From assembly GCA_947599835.1 (NCBI GenBank), contig CANQFQ010000003.1, forward strand, positions 68,072-132,071: a stretch of 64,000 nucleotides of DNA, in the 5' to 3' direction. Source of the DNA: an uncultured Bacilli bacterium. Lineage in GTDB: Bacteria > Bacillota_I > Bacilli_A > RFN20 > CAG-631. Position 1 is the stretch's first letter; each line of letters begins with the position of its first letter. Positions 1 to 8,462 of this stretch are shown in pieces. The notes beneath the pieces are model-generated. The model saw only the letters and a program-made list of their open reading frames with translations. It was not told the DNA's origin and did not search any database. The position numbers and the translations under genes are program-made.

Positions 1-2
1 AA

Positions 3-833
3 GAACTTATCAAAGATCCAAAAAAAGTAGAAGAAGTCAAACAACTTTTTCAAAAATATCATTGTGAAATAACGGCTTTATCTTGCCATGGGAACCCTGT
101 ACATCCAAACAAGGAAATTGCCAAAGGATTTCAAGAAGATTTCGAAGCAGCATGCATCCTTGCAAACATGTTAAATGTAGATAAAATTATCACTTTTTCA
201 GGATGTCCTGGAGACAGTTTAACGAGCCAATATCCGAATTGGGTTACTTGTCCTTGGCCAGATGATTATGCAAAAATTTTAGATTGGCAATGGAATGAAA
301 TCCTCATTCCTTATTGGAAAAAAGCCGTTTCTTTCGCCAAAAAATACAATGTAAAATATATTGCTTTAGAAATGCATCCTGGATTTTGTGTCTATAATCC
401 AGAAACATTATTAAAATTACGAAATGCTGTAGATCCTATGATTGGTGCAAACTTTGATCCTTCTCATTTGATCTGGCAAGGAATTGATATGGTAAGTGCA
501 ATCAAATATCTCAAAGATGCAATTTATCATTTCCATGCAAAAGATACCGCTTTAGATAAAGAAAATATCGCTAGAAACGGTGTTTTAGATACAAAACATT
601 ATGGTGATGAATTCCATCGCTCATGGATCTTTAGATCTGTTGGTTATGGAAATGATTATCATTATTGGAAAGATATTTTTTCTGCCTTAAATCTAGTCGG
701 ATATCAAGGAGCAGTTTCAATTGAGCATGAAGATTCAATTATGACGCCTATCGAAGGATTAACTAAAGCAATTACCTTTTTAAAAGAAACGATGATTTTT
801 GAAAGTAAACCTAATTCCATGTGGTGGGCATAA
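3..833 (+). CDS. Sugar phosphate isomerase/epimerase (IolE/xylose isomerase-like TIM barrel), 5' partial
   Basis: Frame is open from the window start (ELIKDPKK...LSCHGNPVHP). Metal motifs LEMHPG, NFDPSH, HFHAKD, SIEHED. Confidence 0.9.
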   Translation, partial: ELIKDPKKVEEVKQLFQKYHCEITALSCHGNPVHPNKEIAKGFQEDFEAACILANMLNVDKIITFSGCPGDSLTSQYPNWVTCPWPDDYAKILDWQWNEILIPYWKKAVSFAKKYNVKYIALEMHPGFCVYNPETLLKLRNAVDPMIGANFDPSHLIWQGIDMVSAIKYLKDAIYHFHAKDTALDKENIARNGVLDTKHYGDEFHRSWIFRSVGYGNDYHYWKDIFSALNLVGYQGAVSIEHEDSIMTPIEGLTKAITFLKETMIFESKPNSMWWA

Positions 834-846
834 CGTTTAAATAAAC

Positions 847-876
847 AAAAAAATTTCGATAAATTCGAAATTTTTT
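847..876. terminator. Bidirectional intrinsic terminator between convergent genes
   Basis: AAAAAAATTTCGA-taaat-TCGAAATTTTTT inverted repeat with A/T tails. Confidence 0.65.
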
Positions 877-1508
877 TATTTATTTTTAGATTTTGACATA
901 TAAATCGATTTAGCAATAATTTCAGATAAATCGATGTTATAAACATCAATTTTTTTTCTTTTTCTAGGATACCCTGTTGTAAAATTGATCACAATTTCTA
1001 TTTTTAAACTAATCAATTTATTGATGACCATTTCTAAATGTTCTTTCGGTGTCGTCACAATAGCTATTCTAGTTTCTTTAGGAATTTTTTTGCTTAATTG
1101 TGCAAAATCATAAACAGGGATACTCCCAATTTTAGTATTTACAAATTGTTGTGTAATATCAAATGCAGCAACAATTTTACCATATCGATTAGGATTAAAA
1201 TTATAATTGGTAATAATAATATTTCCAATAGCACCTACACCAATTAAAATCATTTTTTCGTTTTTATTAAATCCAATTTCTTTTTCTAAAACCTCAATTA
1301 AACGATCAACATCATATCCATATGCGGATTTACCAACCGTCATTTGTAAAATAGACAAATCTTTTCGAACCGTAGCATCACTAATATCTAAAATATTTCC
1401 TATTTGATAAGAGCAAATATGATCACTACCGCGTTCTTTAAACTCTTTTAAGATTCTTAAATACTGGGGGAGCCGGTTTCTCGTGGCAGTAGGTATACTA
1501 CGATTCAT
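876..1508 (-). CDS. rex: Redox-sensing transcriptional repressor Rex
   Basis: IPxATxxRLPxYLRxL winged helix, VRKDLS, GYGYDV-like loop, Rossmann motif LIGVGAIG. Confidence 0.9.
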   Translation of the reverse strand: MNRSIPTATRNRLPQYLRILKEFKERGSDHICSYQIGNILDISDATVRKDLSILQMTVGKSAYGYDVDRLIEVLEKEIGFNKNEKMILIGVGAIGNIIITNYNFNPNRYGKIVAAFDITQQFVNTKIGSIPVYDFAQLSKKIPKETRIAIVTTPKEHLEMVINKLISLKIEIVINFTTGYPRKRKKIDVYNIDLSEIIAKSIYMSKSKNK

Positions 1509-1510
1509 GT

Positions 1511-2179
1511 CTATTCACCAGAAACATAATTCTCTATTGAAGATAAATAACGATTATGAACAATAATCGATAAAGAATCACCTTGTTGTAAAACTTCACT
1601 AGGAGTAGGAATAAAGATATTCTCTTCTCTTGTAATAGCTATAATGTTCGCTCCAAATTTTTCTCTGAATTCAGTGGAAGAAATTGGTTTACCGATAATT
1701 TTTGGATTAGTAACATCAATACGAATTACAGATAACTCAGCACCTAGTTCAATAAAATCTTTAAATGATGTATGCGTTAATCTTTTAGCAACTTTATTTC
1801 CTGCTTCATATTCTGGAAATACAATATCTTGTATTCCTAAATGATGATACACTTTAGATTGCGTTTCACCACTGGATTTGACTGTTATATTTTTTACACC
1901 CATTTGTTGCAAAGTGACGGTGGTTAATAATCCATTTTCAAAATCAGAACCAATTGCTACAATTACATGTTCGGCGTTTTTTATGCCTACTTCTTTTAAA
2001 GCACTTTCGTCAGTTGCATCTAATGCTGCCGCAAAAGCAACTTTATCACGAACTTTGTTAATTTTATCTAGATCTTTATCTAAAACCATCACACTTCTTT
2101 TTGCTTTAATTAATGCATTTGTCACACTCATTCCAAAACGTCCCAATCCGATAATCGCAAAATCCGTTTTAAAAGCCAT
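1511..2179 (-). CDS. ktrA: Trk/Ktr potassium uptake regulatory (RCK) subunit
   Basis: FAIIGLGRFG Rossmann motif, IVFPEYEAG, C-terminal TrkA_C domain (GANIIAI). Confidence 0.9.
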   Translation of the reverse strand: MAFKTDFAIIGLGRFGMSVTNALIKAKRSVMVLDKDLDKINKVRDKVAFAAALDATDESALKEVGIKNAEHVIVAIGSDFENGLLTTVTLQQMGVKNITVKSSGETQSKVYHHLGIQDIVFPEYEAGNKVAKRLTHTSFKDFIELGAELSVIRIDVTNPKIIGKPISSTEFREKFGANIIAITREENIFIPTPSEVLQQGDSLSIIVHNRYLSSIENYVSGE

Positions 2180-2326
2180 ATAAAATAACCTCTTTTCTAA
2201 TATTCATATTATAATCAAAATTAAAAATAAAGTAAACATATGTAAAAATCTTTTAACTCCAAAAATGAATAAATCACTGATTCTATCCACAAAAAAAGCG
2301 CATCCTAAGATACGCTTTATTATTTA

Positions 2327-4303
2327 TTATTCACTTTGATTTGCTTTATAAGCTGCAATTACTTTTTCGGCTGTTGCCAAAGGAACTTCAGCATAACGAG
2401 CAAAACTAGAAGTAAATGAAGCTTGAGCTTGGGTTAATGTTTTTAAATCAATAACACATTTAGAAAATTCAATTTGAGGAATAAATGCAGAGATGATTTG
2501 TTCATCATCCACACTTTCCATTTCACCGACAGTTCCACGGAATTTCGAAATACTACTCATAACGTCACCTACATAATCACTTGGAACCGTGATAGTTACA
2601 CTCAAAATAGGTTCAAGTAATACTGGTTTTGCTTTTTTACATCCTTCTTTAAAAGCCAAGTTTGCGGCAATTTTAAAAGAAAGTTCATTAGAATCGACTG
2701 GGTGATAACTTCCATCATATAAAGTAGCTTTTAATCCTACAACAGGATTGCCGGTTAAAACACCAGTTTTACAAGCTTCAATTAAGCCTTTTTCTACAGC
2801 AGGAATAAAGTTTGTAGGTACAGCACCACCAAATACATCATTCACAAATTCAAAATCTTTATCGGTAGGTTCAAACTTAATTCTAACAACTCCAAATTGT
2901 CCTGCGCCACCTGATTGTTTTTTATGACGACCTTCTACATCAGCAAAGCCTTTAATGGTTTCTTTATAAGGAACTTTGGCATCTTCAGTAAAGCAAGTTA
3001 CGTTATAAGTGCTCTTGATTTTATCGATAATGGTATCAATATGAAGTTGACCTTGGCATCCTACGACCAATTGTTTTGTTTCTGCATTTCTTTCTACCGA
3101 AATAGATAAATCTTCAGCGGCTGCCTTCTTTAAACCTTCGCCTACTTTTGCATCATCATTTTTGTTATTTACAGCAATGCCATAAAATACGATAGGTTGT
3201 GGAAAAGCAATCGGATCAAAGACGATTTCACTATTCATATCACAAAAACTATCGTTAGTTTCTAAAGAAGAAACTTTGGTTACGATACCAATATCACCAG
3301 CAACTAATTCACTTGTTTCGATTTGATCTTTACCAAATGGAGTATAAATTAAACCTAATTTATCTTTAACTTGTTTTGAACTATTAAAAATCACTTGATC
3401 TCTTTTTAAAACGCCAGAATGTACAAGTACATAACTGATTTTACCTACAAATGGATCCACGATGGTTTTAAATACTTGTGCACTAAATGGTGCGTTGACA
3501 TCCACTTTAATATTATTTTCTACTTTAGTTTCTGCACTAGGAAGATATTGACAAATAAAATCTAAAATATTCGTAATGCCAATGTCTTGTCGAATAGAAC
3601 AAGCAGCAACCGGAATCATATTTGCTCCAGCAATAGCAACTTTTAATCCTTTTTTAATTTCGTCTGGGGTAATTTCTTCTTCCATTAAAAACTTTTCCAT
3701 TAATGCATCATCGTAATTAGAAACTTGTTCCACAATTTGTGCATAGGAATCATTTGTACTATCATCAAGAACATTTACTACACCATTAAAAGATGCGGCC
3801 ATTCCTTGAGGTAAAATAACAGGAGCAACTTTTGCACCCATAAGTTCTTTCAATTGTCCCATTACCTTATCAAAATTTGCATTTTCTTTTTCACATTTGT
3901 TGACTAAAATCATTGCAGGAAGATTTCTTTTTTTGATTTCTTTCCAAGCCTTTTTAGTACCCACTTCTACACCTTTAGTTGCATCAACTAAAATCAAAGC
4001 ACAACTTGCAACCTTTAAAGCAGATTGCACTTCACCAATATAGTCAAAAAATCCAGGAGTATCTAAAACATTAATTTTATAATCTTGATATTCAACAGGA
4101 ACAACGGATGTGTAAATAGAAATATGGGCTTTCTTTTCTTCTTTGGTATAATCAGATACTGTCGTTCCTTCGGTTATATGGCCTTTTTTTGTTATTTTAT
4201 TTGTTATAAATAATAAAGACTCAATAAGCGATGTTTTTCCAACACCTTGATGACCTAGTAAAACAACATTTCTTATATTACTAGGCAAATATGATTTTCC
4301 CAT
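2327..4303 (-). CDS. fusA2: Elongation factor G-like protein (EF-G2/FusA2 type)
   Basis: GHQGVGKT, DTPGF, NKCE, domain IV HKKQSGGAGQFG and DGSYHPVDS. GGAGG RBS precedes ATG at 4303. Confidence 0.9.
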   Translation of the reverse strand: MGKSYLPSNIRNVVLLGHQGVGKTSLIESLLFITNKITKKGHITEGTTVSDYTKEEKKAHISIYTSVVPVEYQDYKINVLDTPGFFDYIGEVQSALKVASCALILVDATKGVEVGTKKAWKEIKKRNLPAMILVNKCEKENANFDKVMGQLKELMGAKVAPVILPQGMAASFNGVVNVLDDSTNDSYAQIVEQVSNYDDALMEKFLMEEEITPDEIKKGLKVAIAGANMIPVAACSIRQDIGITNILDFICQYLPSAETKVENNIKVDVNAPFSAQVFKTIVDPFVGKISYVLVHSGVLKRDQVIFNSSKQVKDKLGLIYTPFGKDQIETSELVAGDIGIVTKVSSLETNDSFCDMNSEIVFDPIAFPQPIVFYGIAVNNKNDDAKVGEGLKKAAAEDLSISVERNAETKQLVVGCQGQLHIDTIIDKIKSTYNVTCFTEDAKVPYKETIKGFADVEGRHKKQSGGAGQFGVVRIKFEPTDKDFEFVNDVFGGAVPTNFIPAVEKGLIEACKTGVLTGNPVVGLKATLYDGSYHPVDSNELSFKIAANLAFKEGCKKAKPVLLEPILSVTITVPSDYVGDVMSSISKFRGTVGEMESVDDEQIISAFIPQIEFSKCVIDLKTLTQAQASFTSSFARYAEVPLATAEKVIAAYKANQSE

Positions 4304-4406
4304 AGGGACTCCTCCTTTAAAATATAAAATTGCGTTGCAAATACATTGTAACATTCTTTAATTAAAAAATATAGTTTTTTTTATAATGTAGGACAAAATA
4401 ATTTAG

Positions 4407-4435
4407 TTGTATTTTGTAAGCTAAACGTATATAAT
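4407..4435 (+). promoter_or_regulatory. SigA promoter of the SRP RNA gene
   Basis: TTGTAT-17 nt-TATAAT just upstream of the RNA 5' stem. Confidence 0.75.
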
Positions 4436-4442
4436 GTTACTA

Positions 4443-4517
4443 CCATCGTGATAGGTAGTTTCGAACCAGGTCAGAGTCGGAAGGCAGCATCCTTAAGGAA
4501 TCAACTATGTGCGATGG
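4443..4517 (+). ncRNA. ffs: Small signal recognition particle RNA (4.5S type)
   Basis: Helix-8 signature GTCAGAGTC-GGAA-GGCAGCA. Terminal pairing CCATCG/CGATGG, own promoter and a T-run after the stem. Confidence 0.88.
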
Positions 4518-4568
4518 CCTTTTTATTTTTTTGTCTTTTGAAATTATTTTTTAAATGCAAGCTTTAAT

Positions 4569-4620
4569 TGTACTGAACCCCAAATGCTAAACAAAAAAGT
4601 TGAACAAGAAGGGTTCATTT
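4569..4620 (+). mobile_element. Orphan IS3-family-like terminal inverted repeat (remnant)
   Basis: TGTACTGAACCCCAAATG...GGGTTCA: 5'-TG start and internal hairpin resembling IS3/IS150-group left ends. No transposase follows. Confidence 0.4.
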
Positions 4621-4664
4621 TTGTTCATACAAGATACCTGTCATTTGATTTTTTTAAAAAAATA

Positions 4665-4698
4665 AAAACCCCAATTGAACTTGAGTTCAACTAGGGTT
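4665..4698 (-). terminator. Intrinsic terminator of the 4712-5239 gene
   Basis: AACCCcAaTTGAAC-ttga-GTTCAAcTaGGGTT hairpin with a U-tract on the minus strand. Confidence 0.65.
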
Positions 4699-4711
4699 AG
4701 AAAACTTATTT

Positions 4712-5239
4712 TTAGTTTTTTACATTATCCATTTTTGCTTCTAGGATTTTAGTTCCAAATATACATAACACAATAACAATCAGATTAAAAGGAACACTTA
4801 ATCCTAATGAAAAATACATTGTTTTAGAAGCAATGATATAACCAACTAAAACTAGAATTTCGAAAAGTAAAAGAACAATCGATCCCCAATTTAAGCAAGA
4901 TTTTAAAACAGTTTCTTTAATAAAAGTTTCTGGTTTCATGAGTCCAAACTTTTTAAAAATTCCTAGTAAACAAACTATAATTAATAAGCAAGTTGTTAAG
5001 ATAAATAAAATTTGAAATATGCTTTGCAAAATCATGCCGCCATTTTTAAATGAAAAACTCGTAAAACCATTTCCTAAACTATGATAAATTTTTCGAGCAT
5101 CAACCGTGGTTGAAGATGAATTATAATTAATGATTTCATCTGTATTATAACCATAAGTCGAAATAAATAAGCCAAATAACATAGCGATACTCATAATTAA
5201 TCCTAAAATATAATTCACGCTTGCTTTAACTTTTTTCAT
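4712..5239 (-). CDS. Hypothetical multi-pass membrane protein
   Basis: About four hydrophobic segments. AAGGGGAG RBS precedes MKKVK. Confidence 0.75.
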   Translation of the reverse strand: MKKVKASVNYILGLIMSIAMLFGLFISTYGYNTDEIINYNSSSTTVDARKIYHSLGNGFTSFSFKNGGMILQSIFQILFILTTCLLIIVCLLGIFKKFGLMKPETFIKETVLKSCLNWGSIVLLLFEILVLVGYIIASKTMYFSLGLSVPFNLIVIVLCIFGTKILEAKMDNVKN

Positions 5240-5371
5240 AATACTCCCCTTTTCCTTAACAACTACCATCTAAAGAATATCATTTTTCTTTTGTTTTTGC
5301 AATGATTATATACATCTCTTCCCTAATAAAACCATCTAAAAGTGGAATACTAATTTTAAAGGAGAACGATT

Positions 5372-6139
5372 ATGAAAATCATTATTTCACCTTCAAAAAA
5401 CATGCGCATCAACGAAAACGTTTATGATTATAGAAATCAACCTGCACTCATCGAAAAAAGTAAATATTTATATCAAAAAATTAAACAATTTCGTTTCGAT
5501 GAGCTTAAAAAAATTTTAAATGCTAACGATAAAATCGTACGTTATCATTATAACAATTATCAAAACTTTGATTTTGAACATCATTTAACACCTGCAATTT
5601 TATGTTTTACAGGCATCCAGTATACTTATATGCATCCTTTGACGTTTACGAAAGAACAACTTGATTATGTTTATCACCATGTTTTTATTTTGTCCGCTTT
5701 TTATGGTGTGGTTAATGCTTTAGATGGCATCAAACCTTATCGTTTAGAGATGATTCATCCCATTACCATCGACACATTACATAATCTCTATGCTTTTTGG
5801 AAAGATGATTTTTATAGAGAATTATACAAAGATGATGATTTCATCGTTAATTTATGTTCTAATGAATATCGTAAAATGGTTGAGCCTTATGTCGGTCAAA
5901 ACCAAAAATTTGTTACCGTTTCTTTTTACGAACAAGAAAAGCAAAAATTAAGGCAAAAAACTGTTTATCTTAAAATGGCACGCGGAACTATGATTAATTA
6001 CTTATCCAGTATTCATGCCAAAAATCTAAATGATATCCTTTCATTTTCCCAATTGGGTTATCAATTTCATAAAGAACGATCAACTGATACACATTTGGTT
6101 TTTGTTCGAAATACGCACAGTAAAAACATAGGTAAATAG
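5372..6139 (+). CDS. yaaA: Peroxide stress / DNA-binding protein YaaA (UPF0246)
   Basis: MKIIISPSK, ILSAFYG, IKPYRLEM, VNLCSNEY, KMARG motifs. Confidence 0.9.
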   Translation: MKIIISPSKNMRINENVYDYRNQPALIEKSKYLYQKIKQFRFDELKKILNANDKIVRYHYNNYQNFDFEHHLTPAILCFTGIQYTYMHPLTFTKEQLDYVYHHVFILSAFYGVVNALDGIKPYRLEMIHPITIDTLHNLYAFWKDDFYRELYKDDDFIVNLCSNEYRKMVEPYVGQNQKFVTVSFYEQEKQKLRQKTVYLKMARGTMINYLSSIHAKNLNDILSFSQLGYQFHKERSTDTHLVFVRNTHSKNIGK

Positions 6140-6140
6140 C

Positions 6141-6722
6141 TTATTGTTTTTGATACCAATTTGTTTTGTTTAAATGATTTAAAAGTTTTTCCTTATTACT
6201 TTGATATTCTTTTAAGGTAATATAATCACAATTATTCAAAGCTAGTTCTTCAAAATCATGAATTCCCCATAAAGAACAAAGGGCTTTTAATTCGGCAGCA
6301 GCACCATCTAACTCAGAATATGGTTTTACATTCATTCCTCGCGTTGTGATAAAAATCATTTTTCTAGCTTTGCAATTCCCTATACAAGTGTCTTTAACTG
6401 GTTTAAAAGTTATCTCAGGAATGGAAATATTTTCAAAAAAGGTTTTTACCATGGCTGGAACACTCATTTCCCAAATGGGAGCAACAAGAACAATGAGATC
6501 AGCATTTTGAACTTTTTTGGCATATTTTACAACTTTGGAATCACATTTGCCTACGGATCTTAAAATATAACTTTCATAATTTACCGGTTGAAAATTTAAT
6601 TTTTGTAAATCAATCCATTCCATATTTACATTTTTAAAATGCGATAAGATTTCTTTTGCTAAAAGCAATGTTCTTGACATTTCTTTTCTAATACATCCGT
6701 TTAATACTATGATTTTGTCCAT
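6141..6722 (-). CDS. FMN-dependent NAD(P)H oxidoreductase (AzoR/flavodoxin-2 fold)
   Basis: SRTLLLA, VAPIWEMSVPAMVKTFFE, ITTRG. Confidence 0.8.
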   Translation of the reverse strand: MDKIIVLNGCIRKEMSRTLLLAKEILSHFKNVNMEWIDLQKLNFQPVNYESYILRSVGKCDSKVVKYAKKVQNADLIVLVAPIWEMSVPAMVKTFFENISIPEITFKPVKDTCIGNCKARKMIFITTRGMNVKPYSELDGAAAELKALCSLWGIHDFEELALNNCDYITLKEYQSNKEKLLNHLNKTNWYQKQ

Positions 6723-6826
6723 TGTTTCACCTTATTTCGCTCATATTATAGCATATCATCAACAAATAAAAAAGTGTATTTTTTTCGGTAAAAACACACT
6801 TTTTTCTATTTATAAATAAGAATGAA

Positions 6827-7066
6827 TTATTTTCTTTCTGTCGCATATACATTTTCTTTAATTTCACGAGAGTGATTTAAATCAATAAAGAAAATGCCAA
6901 TATTAATTAATGCTGCTAATCCAATTAATACATAAAGAATTCTACTAAATACACTCATATTACCAAATAAAGCAGCTACTAAGTCAAATTTGAAGATTCC
7001 AACTAATCCCCAGTTGATTGCACCAATCACTGTAAGTGATAAAGCTGTCTTTTGAACAATATTCAT
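6827..7066 (-). CDS. DUF378 small membrane protein (YuzA-like)
   Basis: IGAINWGLVGIFKFDLVAALFG...SRILYVLIGLAA. AAGGAGG RBS. Confidence 0.9.
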   Translation of the reverse strand: MNIVQKTALSLTVIGAINWGLVGIFKFDLVAALFGNMSVFSRILYVLIGLAALINIGIFFIDLNHSREIKENVYATERK

Positions 7067-7185
7067 AATTTCTCCTCCTTTATCAATCCTATTTTTCACT
7101 TTTCATATTTTTTTATTCAAAATTGGTATATCTTGGAAAATAAAATCATACTTTGTGTTGAAAGAAAATTTTAGAGGTGAAAGAC

Positions 7186-8208
7186 ATGAAAAAGAAATGG
7201 ATAAAGAGAATTGTATTATTAGTATTAGTAGCTGTATTAATTGGATTTGGTATTTTTAAACTTGTTTCATGCAAAAAAGATGGGATTAAATCTCAATTAA
7301 ATGATGTCCAAAAGAATTTGACTGCTTATCATATGGAAGCCAATATGGAATTTCATAATGGCGATGACATTCGAGATTACTTAGTTAAAGTATCCTATAA
7401 AAAAGATGGCGCTACCCCTTTATTTAGAGTGAGCTTATTAGACAAAGGGGTCAATCAAGAACAAATTATTATTCGTAATGGAACAGGTGTTTTTGTTTTA
7501 ACTCCTGCCTTAAATCAAGTTTATAAATTTAAAGGCGATTGGCCATTGAATGGAGCTAAGCCTTATCTTTATCAATCCATGTTAGATGTTTTGAATGGCA
7601 AACATGAATTATCAAAATTAGAAGATGGATATCTCATTACATCCACACCTAATTATAAAAATTCTCCAAATTGGACACGTCAAGAAATGAAAATGACAAA
7701 GCAACTCAAACCTGTTTGGGTACATATTTATGATAAAAATAATGATGTTGCCGTCAAAGTAACATTTATTAAAGTAGAATTTGATCCATCTTTTGCTGAT
7801 AATTATTTTGAAGTCAGTGATAACATGACACAAGCTCGAATTGAATTATCATCAACCACAACATCAACCATCAATGATTTACCACTTTATCCTACCAACG
7901 CCATTATTTCTGCAACACTTAAAGAACAAAGCGTGATTCAAGTTGGCGGTATCACACAACACATTTTGACTTATGAAGGAGAAGAAGCCTTCACTGTTGT
8001 GCAATATATTCTTGAAAGTTACGATGAAATGGTTATTTCAGAAGTCAACGGCGAATTAATTGAAATTGCAGGTAATATGGGTATTTTAAGCAATCAACAA
8101 TTAATTTATGAATATAATGGTGTTCGTTATCATATTTATAGTGATAAATTATCTGCATCGAAACTAGTTGAATTAGCCCTTGGTATGGAAGTTGTTGCAG
8201 CCAAATAA
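7186..8208 (+). CDS. ydcC: YdcC-like sporulation protein (LolA-like fold plus C-terminal domain)
   Basis: EQIIIRNGTGVFVLTPALNQVYKFKGDWPLNGAKPYLYQS matches the YdcC core. N-terminal membrane/signal anchor. Confidence 0.75.
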   Translation: MKKKWIKRIVLLVLVAVLIGFGIFKLVSCKKDGIKSQLNDVQKNLTAYHMEANMEFHNGDDIRDYLVKVSYKKDGATPLFRVSLLDKGVNQEQIIIRNGTGVFVLTPALNQVYKFKGDWPLNGAKPYLYQSMLDVLNGKHELSKLEDGYLITSTPNYKNSPNWTRQEMKMTKQLKPVWVHIYDKNNDVAVKVTFIKVEFDPSFADNYFEVSDNMTQARIELSSTTTSTINDLPLYPTNAIISATLKEQSVIQVGGITQHILTYEGEEAFTVVQYILESYDEMVISEVNGELIEIAGNMGILSNQQLIYEYNGVRYHIYSDKLSASKLVELALGMEVVAAK

Positions 8209-8236
8209 TTCAAAAAATTTCTTCTAGTAAAGATTT

Positions 8237-8272
8237 AGCCTCATTCCTAAATAACAGGATTGAGGCTTTTTT
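8237..8272 (+). terminator. Intrinsic terminator after ydcC
   Basis: AGCCTCA-tTCCT...AGGAt-TGAGGCT followed by TTTTT. Confidence 0.75.
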
Positions 8273-8462
8273 ATGATTGTACATCTAATAAAAATTTCAA
8301 TTCATTCCACTCTTCGTTAATTTTTTATATACTTTTGACTTCATTTTAAAATTGCTATGATTTCTACATAACTTTTAAAAGAACGTTGACTTAGTTTTCA
8401 TGAATTGCCATACAAAAATGGACAACTCATAGAATTGTCCATCAAATAAAAATGATTTTAAA

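Noticed and set aside
2283-2291. CTATCCACA DnaA-box-like 9-mer
   Set aside because: Single mismatched copy, expected by chance.
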